Positions 25,701-37,588 of a stretch of 64,000 nt of DNA are shown here, piece after piece. The notes under the pieces were generated by a model, which was not told the DNA's origin, did not search any database, and saw only the letters and a list, made by a program, of their open reading frames with translations. Origin of the DNA: Podarcis gaigeae (Eukaryota); NCBI GenBank assembly GCA_964106915.2, contig OZ066923.1; one strand, written 5' to 3'. Numbering within the stretch: the stretch's first letter is position 1; every line of letters starts with the position of its first letter. Both the position numbers and the translations under genes were made by a program.

Positions 25701-28700
25701 CCAGTTTGCCCAATAGCCAAGGATGGTGGTAGTTGGAGTCCAGCAACCTCTGGAGGACCACAGGTTTCCCATTCTGGTTTATTCACTTCTTAGGGCTGAG
25801 GTGGAACTGGAGACTGAATAAAGACCAAACCCTAACAGCCCAACTTGGAACTGCTCTCCCACTGCCATATCACATTTGTATCATCTTGCATGAGAATGTA
25901 TTGCACTGTAGGTGGCCTACAGAACNNNNNNNNNNNNNNNNNNNNNNNNNNNNNNNNNNNNNNNNNNNNNNNNNNNNNNNNNNNNNNNNNNNNNNNNNNN
26001 NNNNNNNNNNNNNNNNNNNNNNNNNNNNNNNNNNNNNNNNNNNNNNNNNNNNNNNNNNNNNNNNNNNNNNNNNCAGTAATTATATCCGTAATAGGGACAC
26101 AGGTGGTGCTGTGGTCTAAAACACTGAGCCTCTTGGGCTTGCTGATTTGAAAGTCGGCAGTTCAAATCCATGTGACAGGGTAAGCTCCTGTTGCTCTGTT
26201 CCAGCTCCTGCCAACCTAGCAGTTCGAAAGCAGTGCAAGTAGATAAATAGATACCACTGCAGTGGGAAGGTAAACAGCATTTCTATGCACTCTAGCTTCC
26301 GTCATGGTGTTCCGTTGCGCCAGAAGCGGCTTAGTCATGCTGGCTACGTGACCCAGAAAGCTATCTGTGGACAAACGCCAGCTCCCTCAGCCTGAAAGTG
26401 AGATGAGCGCTGCACTCCATAGTTGCCTTTGACTGGACTTAACCATCCAGGGGTCCTTTACCTTTTACCTTTGCCTTATTATATCCATAGCAGTAGTTTA
26501 ATGTGGCCTTAATTCATTTCAGGTTGTAACACTTGCTGTCTACACCTTCTTCTTCACGTGCCTGATAGGACGTCAATTTTTGGACCCTGAACAAAACTAT
26601 CCAGGTCATGATTTAGATCTTTACATTCCTATCTTCACATTGTTACAGTTTTTCTTCTATGCAGGATGGCTAAAGGTAAATCGCTACTATAGTTTTCCAG
26701 TGTGTTCGGAATTTTCTTGTGATTTGTTTGTTCAGATTCCATGAGTAAGATTTATTCCAGCCAAGTCAATGGAAGTAAAGGGCCCCTTTAAAAAGCTATC
26801 TATACTTTTATTGCTCCTCTCCTTCCCTCCCCCCCCCCCATTCCTCTCTCCCATTCCCTTGCAAATCTGCTCTGGAAAATCTGCTCTGGAAAGTCTGTCC
26901 TGTCACTCAGATAGAAGTCCATTGTGGTCACACGAGGTCACCACTGGACACAGCCCACTGTGTTTCATGAAGCTCAGCCAACAGCATCATATCTGGCATC
27001 CATGTCTCATAGTCCAAGCTAAGATAAAGTAACAATGATATTCAGACTGCTTTTTTCTATTAAAAAAATATTCTATAAAGCTTAAAAGCACACTGGCTAT
27101 GCTTCTCAGGCTTGCAATCTGAATAGACGCAATTACAAAGTAAAGGGGATATAGAGAGGGACACTTAGCAATTATTCAGCATACAGCATCACATAGAGAT
27201 TTAGGCAGTGCTTTTTTCTGGGGGGACGCAGGGGTACACATACCCCGAAACATTTTGTGAATCTAAGTTTGGCCTCATTGAGGGGCAGTATTTCAATATG
27301 AGTAGGAAAATGAGAGTACCCCTAAACATTTTTTTAAGGAAAAAAAAGCACGGGATTTAGGTAATACTAAAAATATATAGCTATCCAATGTGCTATGTTT
27401 CTTACAATGATCTGAACACATTCACACTGCTGATAGTGCATACCGCAGAAGGTTTGGCATTTACGATGACACTGCAAGCAGCATTTCTGGATCACAAACT
27501 TCTTACAAACTCCAAGTATTATGCCAGTGGCGTAGCGTGGGGGGTGCAGGGGGGGCCGGCTGCACCGGGCGCAACATCTGGGGGGGGCGCACTCGCACTA
27601 ACTAACTAGTGGAAGAGACTCGAGTGCTAAAATCCACGGGTTAGGGGGCGCAAATTACTTGCCTTGCCCCGGGTGCTGACAACCCACGCTACGTCACTGT
27701 ATTATGCACAGCATCCTGCCCACACCAATGTGTCGAGGCACATGTAGCTCAACTTTGCAAACAGCCCCGCTCATCAGTGCAGGTTTTGGCAGTTTTATAC
27801 ATAGCCTACTATAAATTGCTGCAAGTGTTATTCTGTCTCGAAATCCCACTGAGAAGGCTATGTATGTGGTGTATAGAGGAATCTGCCAGCCTTGGATTTC
27901 ACAGATCACTTCATCAACTGTAGTAGTGGGGGGTGGGGGGGTTTTGAGGCTGCCTTTAAAGGGCAGGAGCCCACTCAGTGGTGCTTACAAGGTAAAAACA
28001 AAATAGTACAGAGAGAGACAGAGAGATATGAGTGAGTAGCCAGAGCTTCCTGCTTCTACCATAGTGGATATCACAGATGAAGAGGGAAGTTGCTCTCCAA
28101 TCATTGTCCTACAATGTACAGTGGTACCTTTGTTCTCAAACTTAATCCATTCCGGAAGTCCGTTCCAAAACCAAAGCACGCTTTCCCATAGAAAGTAATG
28201 CAAAACGGATTAATCCGTACCAGACTTTTAAAAACAACCCCTAAAACAGCAATTTAACATGAATTTTACTACCTAACAAGACCATTGATCCATAAAATGA
28301 AAGCAATAATCAATGCACTGTACTTTAAAATAAATAAGACAGTATTGTAGATGATAAAAATAAAATAAAAAGTATTTCTTACTTGCACTGATGATAGTCA
28401 TTGTTTGGATGGGGGGCTTTTATCCATTTCCACACTCACACATTCAATCAATCAGTAGCTGGACTGGGTGCCACACAGTCACAAAAACAATTTAACCAAA
28501 AAATCCTCAAAAACAAAAATGCAAAATAAACAGCAAAAACAAAAGCGCCAATTACAGTGGTACCTTGGTTCTCAAGCATAATCCGTTCCAGAAGTCTGTT
28601 TGACTTCCAAAATGTTCAGAAACCAAGGCATGGCTTCTGATTGGTGCAGGAGCCCCGGAAACAATAGCCAACAGCCAAATTGGACGTTCAGCTTCTGAAA

Positions 28701-31700
28701 AACGTTCAAAAACCAGAACACTTACTTCTGGGTTTTCGGTGTTTGGGAACTAAAGCGTTTGTGGTTCGAGGACCCGATCCCCGCGTAGTGGAATGAAAAC
28801 ACAAGGACATGTGATATAAGGTTAATGGGCAAGAAAAGGCCACAACTTTATTGATTACAGCAAGTGAAAAGGTATTGGCTTAGGCATTGGATTATGTCAG
28901 CTGACTCCACCCCCTCAGAGTAACCCTCTGGTACTATCCTCCTCCAGAGAAAATTGATCTCTAATGATGCCTATTTAGGAACATCAGACCATATGTTTTA
29001 ATCTGATTTTACCATATGAAGTAATAATAATTTTATTATTTATACCCCGCCCATCTGGCTGGCTTTCCCCAGTAGGTTATGTTTACATTGTAACTCTCAC
29101 ACATCTTAAATCCTAGATATGGGGCAGGTTATACATTTTAATCAGACATAGAATCATAGAATTGTAGCGTTGGAAGGGGCCACAAGAGTCACCTAGTTCA
29201 ACACACACACACCCCCGAAGGAATATTTCCCCCCAATGTGGGGAGAAGTAATAACAAATCACAGCCCAGTCCAATTTCATCATAAGAACTTCCTAATGTC
29301 ACAATGCAACTAAAAAAGTAGCAGCACTTCCAGTCTCCCAAAGTCCCGAGGCAGCTACATGACAAGTCCTTCTTGCAAGTACAGCCATGCATTGGAAGCC
29401 TACAGAGCAGACCTTGTCATAGTGAAATCGCAAGTAGGAATACACCCCCTGCTGCAATTTTTATCAAAAGAGGTTTGTTGCAATTATGCTGCTGGCCCCG
29501 GTAACGATGTTAAAACACACGCTTCTGTCCGCCTAATACGACAGTGTGAAGAACGCAAAAAAAATGGTGTTGACTTGTTAACCAACAAGAAGTACAAACA
29601 TAACAGAAATAAATAGCAATGTAAACCATAAAGCATTACAGCCCAGAAGGAGTAGTTACAGCACAGCTCCAAAGGTATTATGCAAAGGTTCCTTCTACAA
29701 ATAACAAAGATACATAAAAATAAAAGCATTCTCCTTCTGTGAGTTCTATCCTCACTGAAAATAAAGGTTCTATGAAGTCTTAGATGAAAGGGACATTTGC
29801 ATCTACTGCTGGCACTGAATACAAGTTAGTTTGCAAAACAGGTTATTTGAAATCATTGTCTGGCTGCCAGTCATTGCTGTTATGTATAGGACAACAGTCC
29901 CCCTCACATGAGGCCCTTTTAATCCTACTTTGTGTTGTCCTGGATTAGTCACTAATCTGTTCAGTTCTCATATCCAGGAATCCTAAAATAGCACTTAATT
30001 GTCCTGGTTTGCATTTCTTTTCAGACTGTGATATCATGTGCCGCATTGCCTGTGGCAGATGAGCCAACGCAATGTTTCCACTTGTAGTCACTCTCCTTTA
30101 TATCTTCCACATTCATTTAAGGATGCCCTGCAATGTGATTTCTTGTTCACAGATATCTGCCTAGCTGGGTAGTATAGCAAGTCTCATTGTCCTACTTCTG
30201 TAGCATCTAGATACATAATTGTTCGTAAAATCGTAATTCATCTTGAATCCACTGGGTTCCTGCTAGGAACCACTGCACCCTTGAGCCAATACTTCCGCCA
30301 TCACAGGATGGTAAGATAGGCCCAATATAGGCCTTTTCGTCATGTTAGCCCAGGAAGTAACATAATGAAATAACACTTTCCTTCCTGAACCACCCACCTT
30401 CCGCTCTCGCAGTCATGAGCAGCTGGGCTTTCGAGGTGATATTGGTCATGCAGATACTATGATGCCATAAGATCCACTGTCTTGTAATATCACATATGAG
30501 CTTTAAGTACTAATGAAGTCCAAGACGGCAAAACAAGGCCATTATTCTGGAAATCCTTGTCTAGACTCTGTGTAAGGATTTTGTGGAACTGTAACAACCT
30601 TTCATGTGGATTTTTTGGACTTTACGAACAGACAGATGGAATAGACACCATTACACAGATGGACCTTATGCATGAACTGACTAAAGTATGATCTGATCCA
30701 CTGGGTCTTCTACTTTGTTCGTTTGTTGAACTTTATAAGTTACTTCTGCTGCAATTTATAATTTGATACTATGAATAGTATACCTTATTTATCTAAGAAC
30801 ACAGCCGGTTACGTCTCGCATGCTTATTGGGTCTGTTAAGCCCCAGCACGACTGACGAGGGATTTGGATTCTTCTACCCATTCCTCTTTGTAACTGGCAG
30901 AATCTGTCAGATTTATCAAAGAAAACCCAGCCTCTTTGTATACTTTACCTCCCCTACTCCAACAGATTTCTCAGTCCAGTAGATCAGGTGCCGCGTGCTG
31001 CAAAATCCACTTGGGAAAATGTGGAGATTGCACAATCACCTATCAAAAGCATCGTCCTTACCCTCTAGGGGACTGTGCATTAGTACAAATCTGTAGCATA
31101 AATATCTTTTGATATTTCAGCTTTTGGTGATGTACTTATATATACGTGCAATTCTAATAACAGGTTGCTGAGCAGCTCATCAACCCATTTGGTGAAGACG
31201 ACGATGATTTTGAAACAAATTGGTGCATCGATAGGAATTTGCAGGTGTGACTTTTCTTGCTGCCACTTACAATTATTTTCTGCAGCAATGTAATTTTTTA
31301 AAAAATTTCTGCCATGGATAATATTGCGTGATGCCCTCCTCCCACATTTCACAGATTAGACTACAGACATATTTCGAACACTTCTTCGCAAGCTCCACTT
31401 CAACACATTGCTGAAGGCTCTTCACTGCCTGCCATGTTCGTTTATTTTGCTGTGACTGCTTTCGGAGCTAAGAGGCAGATTGTTCTCTTGGCAAAAGTAC
31501 AGGGGAAACACATCATTACCCTACAATATGCTATCATCAAGAGTTCTAAATATTTTTTTGCTGCAGTATCTGAAATGTCAGGCTGCATGGCTCTTTAGTG
31601 TTCATATGCATGCATTTTTCCTACAGCAGGTACTCCAAACCCTAGTAAGTGCTCTGGCCAATGGTGGCGTTTTCTCCTCTGAGGTTGTTTCACTTTCCTC

Positions 31701-34042
31701 TGGTTTTGGCTAGTCTGGACAGATTGTAGCTTAAAGCTACCAGAAGAGAGCTCTTTTATGCATGCTCAAAGGCCTGCAGACACCCTGTGGGAGCAGATCC
31801 GCCCTACTCCAAACAGCAACCACTTCACAAATTGCTTCTGAAATGCCCACATTTCAATATAATTTTGTCATAGGGTGCAAGGAGCTGCTGCTTGGAAAAA
31901 AACTAATGACCAGGTCATGTTGGGTGTTCTGGGTATGAATAGTGCAGTTCTCTCTATTCTCTAGACTGTGGTCAGAGTTTATTGCGCCTAAAACTGCATT
32001 GCAAGCTTTCTAATTCACGGACATTGTTCCAGGTTTCACTTCTGGCTGTTGATGAAATGCACATGAATTTACCCAGGATGAAAAAAGACATTTACTGGGA
32101 TGATTCCTCCGCCCGCCCGCCCTACACATTAGCAGCTGCAGACTCCTGTATTCCATCTTTCCTTGGATCCACCATCGAAATGCGGTACGCAAGTCTGCGG
32201 TCTCCTACCATAGTTAAGACAGGGTCAAAATGGTTCCTCATGGGCCCAGTTTGTTCCATCGTTAACAGCCCAGTCCTAAAAGAATTCAGGCTTAGACATA
32301 CCGAATTCTTGATAGAAAATACCAGATGTCAGACTATTAAGAACATAGCTCTTTTGTCTGATCCAGCAGAGCTCTTGCTATCTCATGCAGTCTCTTGTTT
32401 CCAGTCACTAGGCAAGCACATGAGGGCAGCAGCACTCTCTCACTGTTGCTTCCAGCAAGAGGTATTTTGGAGAACGTTGCCTCCAATCCAGTATAGGCAA
32501 CCTTTAGCACCATGACTAGTAGGCAAATTCATGTTAGAGGAAGCTATCGGTGACTACTAGTCAGAATAAACTACAAAAAACACATGTAAATAACTAAAAC
32601 AAATCAGTGGAACAATAACCCACCCTTCCCACAAACACATATTAAAAGCCTGCATAATATTAATCTGCCTGAGGCCTGGTTGAAGAAGAACGTTTTTGTC
32701 TCATGCCTATAATGAAGGCACCAGACGAACCTCCCTGGGAGAGAGCGTTCCACAAATGGGGAGCCACTACAGAGAAGGCCTGTTCTCGTGTTGCCACCCT
32801 CAGACCTCACATGGAGGAGGCACACCAAGATGGGCCTCAGATGATGAGCATAGGGTCTGGGATGGTTTATATGGGGAGAGGCAATCCTTGAGGTTGGGAT
32901 TTTTTTTTTATGTTCCCCTCATAGAGTTCCCCTCCCAAAGGTTTTGTTGTACTTCTGTAAATCCTGGGGGATTTGCCTCCCTTTTCTTTGTGGATGATGC
33001 CACCATGTGTGGATGGGGCCCCATAAGGATCCACACGCTAAGAACTGAGTTCATTGTTAGCAATGGGGATGATAACTGCTTTCATGTTTCAACTTGCAGC
33101 CTGACTGATAGCCAGTTCCTCCATGGAGAAAACTGGCCGCGGAATAACGATAAACCCAGAAGGCAGCATTCGATGCTGAGAAAAGTGAAACGGTTCCTGA
33201 GTGTCCGTGAAGGCTCTCCTGCTCCAACAAGACGGTCCTACCAAAGGCAGTCGAGTGAGAACTCTGTTTTCTTCCCCTCTCACGAAATGCATCACATTGG
33301 CAAGTTGCTAGAAATGCACTCCAGGGGGAGACATTTCTCCTCAAACAGCATGAAAAGCCATGAGAGGGGGCACGGGAGCATGGATCTTGGAGTCATTAGA
33401 GAAAGCAGCAGGAATGAAGGTCTGGAGACAGGCTACCAGTCTGGTGCAGAAGAAAACCTAGCTAAAATGGACTCGGCAGCCGTTGAAAAGATGGTTGTTG
33501 AAAATGAAGGCAGATTGAATTCACAAATAAACAAGGACATTAACATCCTGACAGAAGAAGATTTTGACAATCAAAGTGAGTCAGAGACTGATTCTGAAGG
33601 ACCTGTGATGACCCACTGTGCTCCGCTGCACAGCTCTCCCACAGATTTGCTCATATCTCCTTCAAAAATTGCACCACCTCATATGGGATCCAGGCAACAG
33701 GATTCATCCACTGGTGCAAAACAGGAAAAGGAACCTCGCACCCATCAAAGCACCACATCCAGCAACCTGCCAAATGATCAAATGTGGCAATACCCAGATG
33801 TTTTTACTCACCATGCGGCACCTAGGACAAAAACTGAATCTCTTTCAACAGAGTCTGGGACAATGCCTGGAGAAGGCAGCTTAAGTACTGAGAGCACTCC
33901 CACTTCTTCTTCTTCTTCTTCTCCTGCTGCTGCTACTAATACATTTGACACAAGCCACTTACCGGAACAAGTGGATGCTAGAGAAACTGATATCCTTTAT
34001 ATCGTTGAGTGTAGCAATGAGAAAAATAAAGGGCACCTCTGA
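19571..34042 (+). CDS. BEST3: Bestrophin-3, Ca2+-activated anion channel (gene span; 9 coding exons, 2043 nt, 680 aa)
   Basis: Exons 19571-19722, 21695-21789, 22847-23080, 24287-24441, 25395-25472, 26523-26675, 31164-31244, 32033-32184, 33100-34042. All junctions are GT-AG with consistent phases. Sizes 152/95/234/155/78/153/81/152 match the conserved bestrophin exon pattern. Motifs: [54 protein letters not shown]. Lies next to LRRC10 and CCT2, as BEST3 does in mammals. Confidence 0.96.
21695..21789 (+). CDS. BEST3: BEST3 coding exon 2
   Basis: Long polypyrimidine tract then gcag; [31 protein letters not shown]; gtgagt donor; 95 nt. Confidence 0.95.
22414..22594. mobile_element. hAT MITE nested inside a palindromic MITE (host about 22382-22705)
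   Basis: CATAGGAGCCAACT ... AGTTGGCACCCCTG; TSD cctccaca/cctccaga splits the host motif ggccctcca-gatgt. Confidence 0.75.
22847..23080 (+). CDS. BEST3: BEST3 coding exon 3
   Basis: [15 protein letters not shown]...[13 protein letters not shown]; 234 nt; ag/gt flanks. Confidence 0.95.
23201..23369. mobile_element. hAT MITE with CCCTAA motifs, copy 1
   Basis: Perfect 17-bp TIR CAGTGGCGTAGCGTGGG; perfect 8-bp TSD GGGCCACA. Confidence 0.92.
23763..23910. mobile_element. hAT MITE with CCCTAA motifs, copy 2
   Basis: Same TIRs; perfect TSD CATTCTGC. Confidence 0.92.
24287..24441 (+). CDS. BEST3: BEST3 coding exon 4
   Basis: [25 protein letters not shown]...[10 protein letters not shown]; gtaagt donor; 155 nt. 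Confidence 0.95.
25395..25472 (+). CDS. BEST3: BEST3 coding exon 5
   Basis: [26 protein letters not shown]; 78 nt. Confidence 0.95.
25926..26073. other. Assembly gap (148 N)
   Basis: Run of N inside a BEST3 intron; the flanking exons join in frame, so no coding exon is missing. Confidence 0.99.
26094..26475 (+). mobile_element. Sauria SINE, full length
   Basis: GGGACACAGGTGGTGCTGTGG head and (ACCTTT)n tail; TSD attatatccgta/attatatccata. Confidence 0.9.
26523..26675 (+). CDS. BEST3: BEST3 coding exon 6
   Basis: [51 protein letters not shown]; 153 nt. Confidence 0.95.
27206..27353. mobile_element. hAT MITE (relative at 45426-45594)
   Basis: CAGTGCTTTTTT ... AAAAAAGCACGG; perfect TSD GATTTAGG. 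Confidence 0.85.
27525..27699. mobile_element. hAT MITE, copy 3 (opposite orientation, different core)
   Basis: Same TIRs as 23201 and 23763; perfect TSD TATTATGC. Confidence 0.9.
28119..28930. mobile_element. Composite: Tigger-like element with a second left end at 28555, truncated at about 28760 by an LTR-like segment
   Basis: TA-CAGTGGTACCTT occurs twice and the right TIR is absent. The following segment starts TGTGG and carries a reverse-strand AATAAAGTTGTGGCC. Confidence 0.55.
31164..31244 (+). CDS. BEST3: BEST3 coding exon 7 (Ca2+ clasp)
   Basis: [27 protein letters not shown]; 81 nt. Confidence 0.95.
32033..32184 (+). CDS. BEST3: BEST3 coding exon 8
   Basis: [50 protein letters not shown]; 152 nt. 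Confidence 0.95.
33100..34042 (+). CDS. BEST3: BEST3 last coding exon (long low-complexity C-terminal tail)
   Basis: ttgcag acceptor whose phase continues the frame of ORF 32696-34042; [12 protein letters not shown]...[15 protein letters not shown]...NKGHL-stop. Confidence 0.88.
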
Positions 34043-34302
34043 CAAATTGGAGAGCGCCAAGATCTTGTGCTGCTGACTCATGCCATGCAGGGCATCTATT
34101 TTTTAACAGCTCACCTCAGGACAGGCAACAGCTTGCAGGCAACATTATGCTTCACCAAAAGCCTCAATATTGATAATACAATTTGAAAATATTTAATCCT
34201 ATCTTGGTTTAATGATTCTGAGTAATTTAGCTCAAACTGAACAGGTAAATATGAGATACAGGTGGGGGTGTATGTGTGTGTGTACACAGTAAGATGACCA
34301 TA

Positions 34303-34544
34303 CAGGTAAGTGCGCCATTTATGCATATTCAATATGTGTGCGACTGTGTATACAACCATTGCACCGAACCCAGAAGTGACCCAGAAACGTCATAAAGACG
34401 TCACTGAAATGCCACTAAAAGGGCAGAATGGAGGGTGGGGTGGGGTGTTTGCAGGCTTTTTTCAGTGGGTTTCAGTTATGTACGATTTCACCGATGTGTG
34501 TGTTGCCTTGGAACGTAACCTTCGCATAAACAGGGGGCTGCCTG
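34303..34544. mobile_element. Tigger-like MITE in the BEST3 3' region
   Basis: TA-CAGGTAAG ... GCTGCCTG-TA with imperfect TIRs. Confidence 0.55.
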
Positions 34545-34797
34545 TATCTCAACTGGTGTTGAAGCTTCTTTAAGAGCCACAGATAAGAAGGCAGCGGCAA
34601 CATTCAGCAGGCATATTTCTGCCCATTACTGGGACATTGTGACTGGAGAAGGGTGAAGATTCTTTCTCTGAGCCCTGTCCATTCTGGCAACTGGTTGACA
34701 TTTTACTGGTGCATTTCATTCCGTATCATTTCTAGCCTGTTTTGCTACTTAATAGGTAGAAAAGAAATAAGCTCATAGAACTTCCCATCAGTCACTA

Positions 34798-35234
34798 TGT
34801 CAAGGTCCGGTTCACAGGCGATCGAAGTCCCGGCAAGGGAAGTCAAGACTGGGGGCAAGATGGTGGGGTAGGAGCAGGAACAGGGGTCCAGAAGCCAGGA
34901 GTCAGCAGCCAAGAGTCCGAGGGTCAGAGAGCTGGAGTCAAGAAGCCAAGGGTCTGAGAGTCAGGAAGCAAGGAGTCAAGAAGTCAAAGGTCCGAGGATC
35001 AAGAAGGAGGGAGTCAAGAAGCTGAGGTTCAAGTATCAGGAAGCAAGAAGCCAAATGCAGCAAGGCAGGAAGTGTGTTGCTGTGGCAAAGAGCTGAAGGG
35101 AAATGCTGACCACCTATCCCTTCCCAGCTCTATCCCTTGGCCACGCTTTGCCTCTTCAGAACAAACTTAGGAAGGCCCCAGTCCTGCAAAGTCCTATTGG
35201 TCACAGGGCCTGGCTCCTGCACGCACACCTGACT
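34798..35234. mobile_element. Solo LTR (Gypsy-like)
   Basis: Ends TGTCA...TGAC(T); 5-bp TSD CACTA on both sides; internal purine-rich GGAGTCAAGAAGCCAAGGGTC-type repeats. Confidence 0.7.
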
Positions 35235-35692
35235 CACTAGCCTTATCCTCCGTGGTTAATTGTTGCTTAATCACATAGAGCTACTAGCCATGATGGTCTC
35301 ACTCTCCTTCCACAGTTAAGAGCCAGTATTGCTTCTGAATACCAGCTGTTGGAAACTGCAGGAGCAGATGGAGCTCTTGTGCTTAGGTCCTGCTAGCGGG
35401 TTTCCCATTGGGGTATCTGCTTGTCCACTGTAGAACAGGACACTGGGCTGGAGGAGCCATCATCCTGATCTAGCAGGCTCTTGTTAAGATTGCGTGAAGA
35501 GGGCATGGCATTGCTTCCCATTGGCCCTGCCCCACCACCACTGCCAGGTCCACCTCCATGCCACGTTGGAGAAATGTCTGCAATGGGGAAGCCTGGTGAA
35601 TCTGTGCATAGCCTTTCCCTTGATATCTATTTGCCTGTGGTAGCGATGCAAAAGGATAATCTCCCCTTTCTATGTGATGTTTCCCCTGCCGT

Positions 35693-35698
35693 AATAAA
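35693..35698 (+). terminator. Candidate poly(A) signal of BEST3
   Basis: First canonical AATAAA I found after the BEST3 stop, followed by T/G-rich sequence. Confidence 0.3.
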
Positions 35699-37588
35699 TT
35701 TGTTCTTGCTACTGTAACATGGGATCAAGACACGCTCCTTCACTCAGTTGCAGAGATTGTTACAGTTCCCGCTTTATTTATTCAGCACTGACTATATTGT
35801 ACGGATGGGATATTGCACTACAGTCACTCAAAGGCAGCACTGTTCACAAAAGGTAAAATGTGGCATGCTTTGAAACAACCATTACTTTCCCTGTTGCCTT
35901 AAGATCCATCCTTTCCCCTTCAAACTGTGAACAAGTAAAAATGAGTTGTCTTTGCTCACTAACACTCTGGCAGGTTTGGCATTTTGCAAAATAAGCCCCT
36001 CACAGTTCTGACACCAGCATTGGAGCATCAGTTTCTATCAGGCCTTCTTAATTAGTGTGACATTTCTGGTGATGTTTTCAATTAGAAAGTGCCACACAAC
36101 TATTTCAGCGGCCTTCTTCAACGGAAAAGAAAGCCGGTTCGAAAACATGCAGGAATTTTCGAAAAACAGCATACGCTTGTGCAAATATTATGAGTGTTAT
36201 TTGCTTGAGGTGGGATATCACTACAATGGCTTTGTTTCTCTTGAATTGTCCTTTTCATAACTAACGCCTTTCAAAACTTTTCTTTCTTGTTGTTAGTAAA
36301 ATTGTACTCAGGTTTTCAATAGCTAGCTCAACAATTATAGAAAATTTAGGAGCCAATTGACTGGAAAGCTCAGGAACCAAGAAGACCAAAAGAATGGGGG
36401 GAAATGATCTAGGAGACCACTATAAGCAGATGAAAACATTAGCAGGATTCTAATAACACTTGTATGTAGCAAATACTAAGGTTGATATGGAGAGATATAA
36501 AATGTGGACTATGAAATAATATGCAGTTGAGAAGGCGGACAATAGGACCCATGGAGGGGAAGGTGGGAAGTCTAGAGATTTGGGAAATATCTCTAAATAT
36601 GGATATGTAATTTGTATTGTTATAGTTCTATACTTGTAAAATCAAATAAGAATCATTTTTTAAAAAGAAAATTTAGGAGCCAAAAATAGTCCTAATGATT
36701 AGCACTACGAGAGTTACATTATCTTACTTTGGAGCAAATAGAGAAAGTTGCCTATCAACAGAGTTGCATATAACAAGAGGTTCTCAAACTGGCTCATGGA
36801 TCACCAGTGGCCTGAGAGCTCCACGCTGGTGGTCCACAGTGTGAAGAACAGCAGAAACAGCAGCTGCTCCATCATAATCTAAGCCTAAGCTTTGTGGTGT
36901 AGCTTGCCCCCCACCCCCCGCACGTCGCGTGGATAGCAAAGCAGTCAGTATTCCCCTTATCTCTTTTTTCCCAGCTCTAGCTGCAGTGGCATTCTCCTCA
37001 GGATGTACACCAGTTCTAGACCACATTTACTTTATAATATGTTTAAAGCCCTCTGATACCACTTTAAATGCTTTCCACAAAGAATTCTGGGAGCTGTAGT
37101 TTGTTATGGGAGCTGGGAGTTGCTAAGAGACACTCCATATTCCCCTCAGATAGCTACATTCCCCAGAGTGGGTTAACGATAAAACCCCTCATGACAGGGA
37201 ACTGTATGTATGAAGTGAATATGGCCGCTGTGGCCACGTCCACACCCTATCTCTGTGCATGTGCATCAAGCGACTTTTCAGGCACACAGTCAGAGAAATT
37301 AGGGCTTGACAAACAGTGTCACAACTATTTTCCTTCCCCTCTTATGCCCCCTAGGTGTCCTTCCCTCCTTCCCCATTTTGCAGCTCCCTTTGATGCACCG
37401 TACCCCCCCCCCCAGTCTCACTGTTTGAAGCAGAAGTCTAATTTCCCCCACAACAGTCTGAACACTCTTAATAAGGCTGGTGCCATTGAGAGACACAGAG
37501 AAGCTTTAAAAGTCTGAGGTTTCTCCCCCCCACCACCCTCTTTCTTTCCCTCTGTAGTTTTGTTGGAAGTCGCCCAGAGTGGCTGGGG

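Noticed and set aside
32185-32515. Read-through of BEST3 exon 8 into the intron (ORF 31982-32515)
   Set aside because: The conserved 152-nt exon ends at a GT donor at 32184, and the extension has no recognisable similarity to any protein.
32696-33099. N-terminal ~135 aa of the 448-aa ORF 32696-34042
   Set aside because: Intronic open frame that partly overlaps an antisense LINE fragment. The real exon starts at the acceptor at 33100, whose phase matches the previous exon.
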